The notes below the pieces were generated by a model. That model ran no database searches. It saw only the letters and a list, made by a program, of their open reading frames with translations, and was not told the DNA's origin. This document shows positions 9,992-18,349 of a stretch of DNA of 31,350 bases, piece by piece. The DNA is from Snowella sp. (lineage in GTDB: Bacteria; Cyanobacteriota; Cyanobacteriia; Cyanobacteriales; Microcystaceae). The DNA lies in the NCBI GenBank assembly GCA_035285545.1, contig JAYKGY010000136.1:1-31350 (forward strand), given 5' to 3'. Each line of letters opens with the position of its first letter. Position 1 is the first letter of the stretch. Both the position numbers and the translations under genes were made by a program.

Positions 9992-10909
9992 TTAGGGTAA
10001 TTCAACGGAGGTGGGTTTAGCAACATGGGGCAGGCCCCAGCCTAATTTTTCTCGAAGAATTCTGAAAAATTCCGGGGATTGTAAACGAATAAACTTAGCC
10101 ACGTAGGGAGATTTTTGCAGATGAACCCGATCTTCCGGCATCACATAACACCCTCCATTGCCATCCACCACCATGATCATGCGATTGGGTGTGGCCGGAA
10201 AAACATTTACCTGCTCGGTATCAGAAAAGACCAGTCCACGGGAGGCGAGAGAATGGGGACAGATGGGCGCAAGTTGCAAGACAGGCACATCGGGCGTAAC
10301 CACCGGCCCTCCTGCACTCAAGGAATAGGCCGTCGATCCCGTTGGCGTAGAAATAATAATGCCGTCAGCCGCAATATCCACGGGGGCATGGGTGCCGATC
10401 TGAATTTCAAAGTGGCACATACTGGTTAACGGCTCTCGATGCAACACCATTTCATTGAGGGATAGGGCTTCCCAAAGGATAGTCTGCTCGCGAAATAGGC
10501 GTACCGTTAACATGGAGCGGTTTTCAATACAGTAGTTACCTTCTAGGATTTGATCAACGGCTTGGGTAAGTTGGTTCAAATAAATTTCCGTTAAAAAGCC
10601 CATGTGCCCCGTATTGACGGTTAATAGGGGAATGCCAACGGGAGCTAATTGCCGAAAGGCCGATAAAACGGTGCCATCTCCGCCTAAAACGATCGCGAAC
10701 GGCATCTCTTGATCAAAATGGGGGGGCGTTAAATGCTCAATCCGAGTATGGCAAATGGGGCGATCGGGTTGCGAATAGCCCAATAATCCCCCACAGCCAT
10801 TTTCTAAAAAAACTTCCCAGCCGGACGCTTTAAATCGATCCTGTAAGTCTAGGGCGACCTTACACGCGATCGGCTTAATATCGTTGTAAATGATGCCTAC
10901 TTTGGGCAC
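9992..10909 (-). CDS. nadK: NAD(+) kinase
   Basis: [44 protein letters not shown] start. Confidence 0.97.
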   Translation of the reverse strand: MPKVGIIYNDIKPIACKVALDLQDRFKASGWEVFLENGCGGLLGYSQPDRPICHTRIEHLTPPHFDQEMPFAIVLGGDGTVLSAFRQLAPVGIPLLTVNTGHMGFLTEIYLNQLTQAVDQILEGNYCIENRSMLTVRLFREQTILWEALSLNEMVLHREPLTSMCHFEIQIGTHAPVDIAADGIIISTPTGSTAYSLSAGGPVVTPDVPVLQLAPICPHSLASRGLVFSDTEQVNVFPATPNRMIMVVDGNGGCYVMPEDRVHLQKSPYVAKFIRLQSPEFFRILREKLGWGLPHVAKPTSVELP

Positions 10910-10950
10910 AATGGCTTATCCTACTGTCGAATGGAATGGAACAGAAAAAT

Positions 10951-11925
10951 TTAGAAGAAGAAATCTTTCTTTTTGTTAGATTTTTTAGTTTTACTTTGCT
11001 CGTAATCGAGTTCTTTAAGCTTTTTCAGAATTCGGCCAAAATACTCTTGTAAGTAGGATTCTAAAGTGGTTGTTTCCTTCGGATCAAGGCCAAATAGGGA
11101 ATAAACTTCATCCATTGAAGCATTTAATGGCTTCCCGCTAGCAAGAACTTCGGCAAAGGCGAGGCGATCAGAGATATTATATGTCCATTGGAAAAAGCGG
11201 GTAAAACTCCGCATAAATCGCAATAATCCGATGGGAACCCTGGAAATTTTGGCTTCTCGGTTAGAAAGTTGTTCACAAAGTTTAATAATTTCTTCGGCTG
11301 TCCAGGCGCGGGTTCCGACAACGGGTAAGGTCTGTTTTTCAGCCGCAGGAGTGGTTAAGGCTGCGATCGCGAATTTGGCAATATCCTGGGTATCCATATA
11401 GGCAATGGGAGTACTTTCGCCCGTAATCCAAACGGCTTGATTATCCAGAATTGGAATAGCATATTGGCCAATTAACCCCTGCATAAAGCCACAAAGTTGC
11501 AAGGTTGTATAATTCAGTCCCGATTCCGCTAGATAGAGTTCAGTACAATGCTTAATCTCCATCAGGGGCACATTGGGGTATTCATTGGCCCGCAGGATGG
11601 AAAAGAAAATGTAGCGTTCAATACCGGCGTTTTTAACGGCTTGGATGAGGTTGACTTTGCCCTGCCAATCAACGCTTTTGATCGACAGAGAATCCGTAGC
11701 CCTGGCGGTTGCCGCATCAATGACTGCATCAATGCCGACGAGGGCAGGCGGCAAGGTTTCGGGGTCACAGAGATTGCCTGAGATGAGTTCTGCCCCCCAC
11801 TCCTTGAGAAAGGTTGCTTTTCGCTGACTTCTCACCAAACATTGCACAAAATGTCCTTGATCAAGGGCGCGACGCACGATTTGCCGTCCCAGCGTTCCTG
11901 TTCCACCAACTACCAGTACTCGCAT
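10951..11925 (-). CDS. ycf39: Ycf39 atypical SDR (PSII assembly factor, HCF244 homolog)
   Basis: GGTGTLGRQ, FLKEWGAEL, VDWQGKVNLIQA, GLIGQYAIPILD, DRLAFAEVL; ycf39-nadK order. Confidence 0.93.
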   Translation of the reverse strand: MRVLVVGGTGTLGRQIVRRALDQGHFVQCLVRSQRKATFLKEWGAELISGNLCDPETLPPALVGIDAVIDAATARATDSLSIKSVDWQGKVNLIQAVKNAGIERYIFFSILRANEYPNVPLMEIKHCTELYLAESGLNYTTLQLCGFMQGLIGQYAIPILDNQAVWITGESTPIAYMDTQDIAKFAIAALTTPAAEKQTLPVVGTRAWTAEEIIKLCEQLSNREAKISRVPIGLLRFMRSFTRFFQWTYNISDRLAFAEVLASGKPLNASMDEVYSLFGLDPKETTTLESYLQEYFGRILKKLKELDYEQSKTKKSNKKKDFFF

Positions 11926-12071
11926 CTAAATCGTTTTGTAAAGTTTTTTTAAGTTTCTCTAAGATTTTATCAGAAACCGATCCTTAACAGCGATCGCTTT
12001 TCCTAAAATCTTGAACTTATCTTTCAGAGAAGATAGGACTAACGATGATCGCCGACCAGGATTCCCGACAA

Positions 12072-12107
12072 ATAAAAATCCCAACCGTTGTAGCGTAAAG
12101 TTGGGAT
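12072..12107 (-). terminator. Intrinsic terminator-like hairpin downstream of the PilZ gene, or 3' end of a short sRNA
   Basis: Minus strand ATCCCAAC-14 nt-GTTGGGAT followed by TTTTATT. Confidence 0.65.
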
Positions 12108-12201
12108 CAACAAGGAAGATTAGATTGTAAAAAGAAAAAAGGGTTTGGTTATCCGCGTTTTTGGCATCAATCCAAAGATTTTACCAAGAAAAAAAAGAAA
12201 A

Positions 12202-12615
12202 TCATTCACTATCGGTAAATAATCCACTGGGGCCGGCGGTTTGGCAATAGTGTAAAAAGGTTTGAAAATCCGCTTCAGATCCGACTGCAATGATTTTGCC
12301 CCCGATTTCGTCGTAGTGTTCATTGCGAGAATTGTGCCAGACGGGATCAACCGTCACTTGAACTTGAGGTAAATCAGGTGCATCCCCACGCTTGAGAATG
12401 ACAGAGAAGGTGTCTTCTTGCATCCAGGTATGGGGTAAACTCAAACAAATGCCCGTTGCCGTTAAATCGAATGATACGCCAATAAATTCTCCTGATAAAT
12501 CTAGAATTTGACAGAAGGCTAAAATCCGTTCTGCGCTTCTCCGCTCTTTCATAAAGGTTTCAAATTCAAACTCAGAGAGGGGGACGGCAGGATTTTCAAC
12601 TTGTTGATTATTCAT
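12202..12615 (-). CDS. Stand-alone PilZ-domain protein (probable c-di-GMP receptor)
   Basis: ERRSAER (RxxxR) and FDLTATGICL (D/NxSxxG-like) motifs, V.W beta strand and IGG near the C-terminus. Confidence 0.8.
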   Translation of the reverse strand: MNNQQVENPAVPLSEFEFETFMKERRSAERILAFCQILDLSGEFIGVSFDLTATGICLSLPHTWMQEDTFSVILKRGDAPDLPQVQVTVDPVWHNSRNEHYDEIGGKIIAVGSEADFQTFLHYCQTAGPSGLFTDSE

Positions 12616-12677
12616 AATTGTTTTAGCCTCATCATCAAAGGTCTTTGTTTTTCAGAAAAGTGAGCCATATATGGGTG

Positions 12678-12720
12678 ATTATGGGATGATTTTTGGGAAA
12701 GTCTTGTGATATAGATCATC
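12678..12720 (-). promoter_or_regulatory. CRP/SyCRP1-like site plus -10 (CATAAT) at class-II spacing for the PilZ gene
   Basis: TGTGATATAGATCATC at 12705-12720 matches 13/16 of TGTGATCTAGATCACA; 21 nt from minus-strand CATAAT (12683-12678). Confidence 0.55.
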
Positions 12721-13082
12721 AGATAAGCGCGAATTGACTCACTGTTGTTTTCTAGTATCGAGGAAACTTCGTAAATTATCCATTGATTGTTAAAATTTGT
12801 TTGCTTTTTGAGGGATGATTAATTCAAAAATGTCATTCTAACTTTTTGGATGAACTTGTGAATTTGTTTTAGCGTCTGAATCAATAGTCTCGATATCACC
12901 GTCTCTTGGACTCAGGCAAAAATAGTTAGGGTTGATGGGAAGACTCTAAGGCAGTGTTTTTAAAGGGCGTGTCTTAAAGAATGGTTAACATTACTCAATG
13001 ATGAATACCTGAGTTTTGATTTTGAGAGGGGGTCGATGCGATCGCGTGTAAAATTGATGATTTAAGTTGAACGGGATTTTCT

Positions 13083-14069
13083 ATGATTCAATTCCAGATT
13101 CAAAACGATAGTGAGATTTCAGCCTCTAAACAACTGTTTGACCAAATTCGCTTTGCGATCGCCTGCCGTCAGTATTCCCCTGGGCATCGATTACCGAGTA
13201 CCCGTCAATTGGCCATGATCACAGGGCTGCATCGCAATACCATCAGCAAAGTTTATCAACAACTGGAAGAATCGGGCTTAGTTGAATCGATCGCGGGGTC
13301 AGGAATTTACGTCAAAGCCCAAAAACCCGAAGGATTTGGTGCCTATTTAGATTCCCCCATTTTTCAGCAATATCCCCAAGCAAGCCAACTGATTCAGCAA
13401 AATTTAGATGAATTATTAACCCAAGGATTAAGTTTGTCCCAGGTCAGAGAACTCTTTTTAGCGACCATTGATTGGCGGTTACGTTGCAATGCTCAGGTGT
13501 TGGTCACTGTGCCTGAACGGGATTTAGGGGCAGGAGAGTTGATTTTACAAGAATTAGAGCAAGCGTTGGTGATTCCGGTGCAATTAGTGCCTATGGAAGA
13601 GTTGGTACAAACCTTAACGGAAACTCAGTCAGGAACCGTCGTGACCAGTCGTTACTTTATTGCAGAGGCAGAATCGTTGGCAGAACCCTTTGGCGTGCGG
13701 GTGATTCCCGTTGATATTTACGACTACAACCAAGAGTTGGCGATGATTAAGAAGTTGCCCAAAGATACCTGTTTAGGGGTGGTTAGCCTCAGCCCTGGGA
13801 TTTTAACGATCGCAGAAATTCTCATCCATAGTTTACGGGGAGAAGATATTTTGGTGAAATGCGCCCAGGCGAGTGATGTTAAAAAATTAAAAGCGGTTGT
13901 GAGAACGGCTCGAACGATTATTTCCGATCCAGCGAGTTATCCCATTGTCATGCAGGCGATCGCCTCAGTCCGGGATGATTTGATCCGTTTACCCGAAGTA
14001 ATCTGTAGCGAAAATTATATTGGCGAAAAATCGATTACGACCCTGAAACGGGAATTAGGGTTGGGCTAG
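13083..14069 (+). CDS. plmA: GntR-family transcriptional regulator PlmA (Sll1961-like)
   Basis: FQIQNDSEISASKQLFDQIRFAIA..PGHRLPSTRQLAMITGLHRNTISKVY wHTH; TVVTSRYF and IHSLRG motifs; LKRELGL C-terminus. Confidence 0.93.
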   Translation: MIQFQIQNDSEISASKQLFDQIRFAIACRQYSPGHRLPSTRQLAMITGLHRNTISKVYQQLEESGLVESIAGSGIYVKAQKPEGFGAYLDSPIFQQYPQASQLIQQNLDELLTQGLSLSQVRELFLATIDWRLRCNAQVLVTVPERDLGAGELILQELEQALVIPVQLVPMEELVQTLTETQSGTVVTSRYFIAEAESLAEPFGVRVIPVDIYDYNQELAMIKKLPKDTCLGVVSLSPGILTIAEILIHSLRGEDILVKCAQASDVKKLKAVVRTARTIISDPASYPIVMQAIASVRDDLIRLPEVICSENYIGEKSITTLKRELGLG

Positions 14070-14080
14070 GGTGAAACGGC

Positions 14081-14767
14081 ATGGCAACAGGTGACCAAAT
14101 CTACGTTTATCGGGAACTGTGGAATTTAGAAGGGGTTTATGAACATCACGGCATTGATTGTGGTGACGGAACCGTGATTCATTACCGTAAACCCAGTGAG
14201 ACCGTTGAAAGAACCAGTTGGGATATCTTTTCTCGCCATAAACCTGTTTTTCAAAAACATTATCATAACCAGTTTTGTTTTTTGCCTGAAATTGTCGTCG
14301 AACGGGCCCAAAGCCGTTTAGGAGAACAGAAATACAATTTATTGTTTAATAATTGTGAACATTTTGCCAATTGGTGTAAAACAGGGCTAAATGAAAGTGG
14401 CCAAATTCGAGATTTTCTGCCGTTTGTGACCCAATTTAATCCTGAAAAGCTATCCCAGTCCGTCCAAGATTCTCTCCGAGGGAGTGATCCGAATAAAGCA
14501 CAACGGTTATTCAATGAAGCGTTAGGCGATTTGCGGGAGGTTTGGAATGAGATCCAACCCCGTTATCAAGCGGCTCGTCAAGATGCTGACAGTTGGCAAC
14601 AGGTCGCCCAAGAAGCCCTCAAGCGCGATCGCGAAGATTTAGCCCGTGCTGCCTTGCAGAAAAAATTAGAATCCCAACGCCAAGCCAATCAATTACAGGA
14701 GCAGTTAGAACATTTAGGAATTTTGGCGGAAAAAATTTTGAAAGATAGCTTATTGCAGTCCGTTTAG
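14081..14767 (+). CDS. LRAT-family (permuted NlpC/P60) protein fused to a PspA/IM30-like helical segment
   Basis: YEHHGI, VIHY and YNLLFNNCEHFANWCKTG catalytic motifs; C-terminal WQQVAQEALKRDREDLARAALQKK; 11 bp after the plmA stop. Confidence 0.88.
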   Translation: MATGDQIYVYRELWNLEGVYEHHGIDCGDGTVIHYRKPSETVERTSWDIFSRHKPVFQKHYHNQFCFLPEIVVERAQSRLGEQKYNLLFNNCEHFANWCKTGLNESGQIRDFLPFVTQFNPEKLSQSVQDSLRGSDPNKAQRLFNEALGDLREVWNEIQPRYQAARQDADSWQQVAQEALKRDREDLARAALQKKLESQRQANQLQEQLEHLGILAEKILKDSLLQSV

Positions 14768-14815
14768 ATTCCGAGCATCAGTCACTTTAGCGGGGTTGCT
14801 GCCACGACATCCCAA

Positions 14816-14895
14816 GCTAAAATTGGTGAAATTATGACTATTCCTTTTCCCCGTCCTCGCGATCGGATTATGGAAGACCCCGAATACTAAGCTCC
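14816..14895 (+). pseudogene. Orphan fragment of a nitrate/bicarbonate ABC ATP-binding subunit (NrtD/CmpD-type C-terminal region)
   Basis: Translates as AKIGEIMTIPFPRPRDRIMEDPEY*, matching the family motif A.IGE...IPF.RPR.R..IMEDP.YY.LR recalled from memory. Confidence 0.75.
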
Positions 14896-14976
14896 AAAAA
14901 AAGTTAGCTCTGATTTTCAAAGATTTTAGCCAAATTGGGTTAAGATCTAAATTCAGGGCATCTTAAGGATTTAAAA

Positions 14977-15026
14977 TGAAAAAAAGTAGCAAGCCTTTCA
15001 TTTCGCGCTTCAACTACTTTCTTTCA
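14977..15026 (-). terminator. Intrinsic terminator, probably for the DUF4327 transcript
   Basis: Minus strand TGAAAGAAAGTAG..AAGC...GCTT.CTACTTTTTTTCA stem with U7. Confidence 0.6.
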
Positions 15027-15255
15027 GGAACAATCCAAATCTACGGTTTTATCGAAATTATTATGCCATTCTTCTTGAAATAACCTAGAGAATCTCGAAG
15101 AACAGCAAAGCCTTAATCATGCAAGAAATCCTGAGACAAAAATAAAATTTATAAAGTGTTCGTTTTTCAAGGATTATGAGTTTTTTAAACAAGTAAGGAT
15201 GAATCAGGATATGAAACCAGTTTGTAACGGTTAACCTTACCAACAGGCCGAAAAA

Positions 15256-15498
15256 CTAATCATTATCCCAACATTCAGAGGAAATCAAATCGCCAATTTG
15301 ATCGCGGAGTAAAAAATCATTGCGTTCTAGTTCACATTCCACATGCACCCATTCACGAGCAGGAATGTATTGACAAAGAACATAAATTGGCTGTTGACGG
15401 CTGACAACTCCTTTTTCAAGTAATTGACGAACCTCGTCCTTAATCATCGTTAGCGAATAACCAAAGGACGAAATAACGGGCAGAGTAGTAATACTCAT
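15256..15498 (-). CDS. DUF4327 family protein
   Basis: YSLTMIKDEVRQLLEKGVVSRQQPIYVLCQYIPAREW..ECELE..DFLLRD.IGDL...WDND; ATG at 15498 preferred. Confidence 0.9.
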   Translation of the reverse strand: MSITTLPVISSFGYSLTMIKDEVRQLLEKGVVSRQQPIYVLCQYIPAREWVHVECELERNDFLLRDQIGDLISSECWDND

Positions 15499-16127
15499 AG
15501 ACAAATACCTAAGCAAGTAATAAAGCTTAATGACTACTATACTCTAACTTGAGAAGTATGAGAATAGAAGTTTTGCTGTATTAATAATCACATTTTTAGA
15601 TAGACTCGTTAAACATTACCCAATAAGGGTTCGAGAAACTATTAAAAAACATTACAAAATTTAAAATTTTTCACAAAATCAAGAAATCTTGACATTTTGA
15701 GGGCGAAATTCTCTTAATTTGTTTCTAACCACCATTGCTTGAACTGGATTGCATTCATTGAACAGCTTTGGGTTAATACTGATAGATCTATCGGCAGCAG
15801 TCCTAACGAGAGAATGGGAGCATACATTACGAGTGGTCGAGAAAGGTACTGGCTTAGGTTTGTTCCTGTCCTAGTATCCCTAATTTTAAAGGTGACAATC
15901 TTCCCCCTACGATCTATGAAATTCGGAGACGACAACAATATTGAGCTTTTAAGACTAATAAGCAAGTTTGATCCTCAAATATCTCCTCCTAGACTACAAT
16001 TGGCTGAGATATCGCAAGCCTAGTGACAAGTTTCGAGGATACAGTAAGAGGTTTTTATTCACCAAACAGATCAAGCACTTTATACTGCCAAAAATCAAGG
16101 ACGCGATCGCGCTTGTACCGTAGAAAT

Positions 16128-16979
16128 TTAGGATTCAATTGCCATAAATAACTTGGTATCGGGATCATACGACCAGGCAACCCCTTCAGGATCTTTACTT
16201 AAACTCCATTCAGTAAAATCGGGTTCAGCCTTGCGACGGGCGATCGTGCTAGAAGTCGTATCTAAGCGTTTTGCTAAATCCGCTTGAATCAGGGTTAAAC
16301 CATTACTCTCAGATTGGGGAGTAACCGATTCAGTTGCAACACTGTTAATTTGAGGTTCAGGCGCAACAAATTCCGTTACAGGTGTTTCTAAAGTTTCAGT
16401 TAAGGCGACAGGAGCCATACTTTCCGCTTCAGGAGTCGATTGTCGTTCTTCCTTAATTTCTGCTAACTGGGCAAAGGGGGAAGCACTCGGCTTTTCAGGC
16501 TCGGTTAGGACTGGGGGAGTTGGGGCGGAAAGAACAGGGGAGTTAACGGCAGGGGGTAAGGTCGGGGCAGGTTCGTCTTCGGTGAGTTCACTTTCATCAA
16601 AAATTTTGCCGAGGGTGCTGGCGGTAATAAAGTAATAAACCGTCCCTTTATCTTGATAGGAACGACGATAGGCTCCAAATTCATCGGCTTTGCGCTCTAA
16701 AAATTTTCTGGCTGCATTGGCTGTTAAATTTCCTTTGAGGGATAAATCAACGGGCGTAAGACATCCTTGATTTTCTTGAATTAATTGGTTGAAAATGGGA
16801 TTAACTTGCAGCGACCACTGTTGCCATTGATAATTTTCCCAGACTTTCCAGCCAAGAACGAGACCGACAATAATTAAAATGTATAGCCAAGCTTTATATA
16901 AAAGCACTAATCCTACGCCTAGCGGCAAAATTAGGACGAGAAGACCGGCTGGATTACCCTCTAAAACTTTTCCTGTCAT
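16128..16979 (-). CDS. Conserved cyanobacterial hypothetical membrane protein (N-terminal TM, central wHTH-like region, P/T/E-rich linker, C-terminal HTH-like domain)
   Basis: TM segment; LTPVDLSLKGNLTANAARKFLE; LIQADLAKRLDTTSSTIARRK..FTEWS..KDPEGVAW; ATG at 16979 preferred over TTG at 17021. Confidence 0.8.
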   Translation of the reverse strand: MTGKVLEGNPAGLLVLILPLGVGLVLLYKAWLYILIIVGLVLGWKVWENYQWQQWSLQVNPIFNQLIQENQGCLTPVDLSLKGNLTANAARKFLERKADEFGAYRRSYQDKGTVYYFITASTLGKIFDESELTEDEPAPTLPPAVNSPVLSAPTPPVLTEPEKPSASPFAQLAEIKEERQSTPEAESMAPVALTETLETPVTEFVAPEPQINSVATESVTPQSESNGLTLIQADLAKRLDTTSSTIARRKAEPDFTEWSLSKDPEGVAWSYDPDTKLFMAIES

Positions 16980-17169
16980 AATCGTGATGGTTCTGTGAAG
17001 TGCTGTAGTAAATCCGCTCAATAGACGTTACTACAAGAATTAAGATATCGAAAAGTTACTATTTAACAGTATATGGTTACCTTGCCGTTTGCTATCACGA
17101 TTCCCCGAAAAATTGTCAAATAACGATCAAGTTTCCTTGTGTCTGTTAGTCGGAAATTGGCGTGTTTGG

Positions 17170-17394
17170 TTAAAAACGTCGGGTTTTGTCGATGCCATAA
17201 AAAACGCCCAATAGCAAGGTTAATCCCATTAATCCTAAGAGAATGCCCCCAGGTAAAAAAGTTAAAACTGCAAAGCCTCGCAATAGGTAAACTAACACGG
17301 TCAGGACTAACGCACTGATAAAGGGGATCGTAACGACAGAACGTCGCGATCGCTGACTGTTTTTTTTTGAAGATCGCTGAAGTTTTTGCGCCAT
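17170..17394 (-). CDS. Small two-TM hypothetical protein
   Basis: Basic N-terminus, VYLLRGFAVLTFLPGGI motif, TRRF end. Confidence 0.75.
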   Translation of the reverse strand: MAQKLQRSSKKNSQRSRRSVVTIPFISALVLTVLVYLLRGFAVLTFLPGGILLGLMGLTLLLGVFYGIDKTRRF

Positions 17395-17509
17395 AAAATT
17401 TTCGAGAAAAATGAAGTGAGCCGTAAGAGAGGTTTCCGAGAGGGATATAGTTATATTTTGGGCCGTTGTGAGTCCTTTTGCCTTTAAGATTCAGCCAACT
17501 TAGGAAATT

Positions 17510-18286
17510 ATGTTAGATTTAAGTGGAAAAAAAGCCTTTGTAACCGGAATTGCCAATAATCGTTCCATTGCTTGGGGAATTGCCCAACAGTTACATAAAG
17601 CAGGTGCAGAAATTGGATTAAATTTTTTACCAGATGAAAAGGGACGTTTTGAGAAAAAAGTACGGGAACTGGTAGAACCGATTAATCCCAGTTTAATCTT
17701 GCCCTGTGATGTCCAAAACGATGAACAGATTGAGACCATGTTTTCCGCGATCGCTGACAAGTGGGGTAAATTCGATATTTTGATTCACTGTTTAGCCTTT
17801 GCCGACAAAGACGGACTCTCCGGCGATTTCAGCAGCATTCCCCGTGAATCGTTTAACAAAGCCTTAGAAATTAGTACCTTTTCCCTCGGTCGCCTCGCCC
17901 AAGCTGCTAAACCCTTAATGAACGAAGGCGGCAGTATCGTTACCCTGTCCTATCTGGGCGGTGTCAAAGTCATTCCCAACTATAATTTGATGGGCATTGC
18001 CAAAGCAGGCTTAGAAATGAGTGTTCGTTATCTTGCTGCTGAATTTGGGCCCTTGAATATTCGCGTTAATGGCATTTCCGCCGGGCCCATTCGTACTCTG
18101 GCTTCCTCCGCAGTCGGTGGCATTTTAGATATGATTCACCACGTTGAAGAAATTGCCCCCCTACGCCGCACTGTTACTCAAATCGAAGTCGGAAATACGG
18201 CGGCTTTCTTAAGTAGCGATCTGTCTAGTGGCATTACGGGTCAAATTATTTACGTCGATGCTGGTTACGAAATCATGGGGATGTAG
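17510..18286 (+). CDS. fabI: Enoyl-ACP reductase FabI
   Basis: GIANNRSIAWGIA, YLGG..VIPNYNLMGIAKAGLE, ISAGPIRTLA. Confidence 0.98.
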   Translation: MLDLSGKKAFVTGIANNRSIAWGIAQQLHKAGAEIGLNFLPDEKGRFEKKVRELVEPINPSLILPCDVQNDEQIETMFSAIADKWGKFDILIHCLAFADKDGLSGDFSSIPRESFNKALEISTFSLGRLAQAAKPLMNEGGSIVTLSYLGGVKVIPNYNLMGIAKAGLEMSVRYLAAEFGPLNIRVNGISAGPIRTLASSAVGGILDMIHHVEEIAPLRRTVTQIEVGNTAAFLSSDLSSGITGQIIYVDAGYEIMGM

Positions 18287-18290
18287 ACCC

Positions 18291-18320
18291 AAAAAAAGTC
18301 CCCCAGTTTTTGGGGGATTT
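18291..18320 (-). terminator. Terminator between convergent fabI and ndhB (U7 tract on the ndhB strand, likely bidirectional)
   Basis: Plus strand AAAAAAAGTCCCCCAGTTTTTGGGGGATTT. Confidence 0.8.
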
Positions 18321-18349
18321 AGATAATGATGGCAATGAATAATGGACAG

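Noticed and set aside
11926..12200. petM expected upstream of ycf39, as in many cyanobacteria
   Set aside because: The minus-strand frames I translated gave no PetM-like peptide; ORF 12120..12350 also looks spurious
14976..15083. 35-aa plus-strand ORF MKKSSKPFISRFNYFLSGTIQIYGFIEIIMPFFLK with AAGGA upstream
   Set aside because: It overlaps a terminator hairpin that explains the sequence; no other support, though not strictly excluded
15714..16023. ORFs 15714..15965 (-) and 15739..16023 (+)
   Set aside because: Non-ATG starts, mutual overlap and no protein-like motifs
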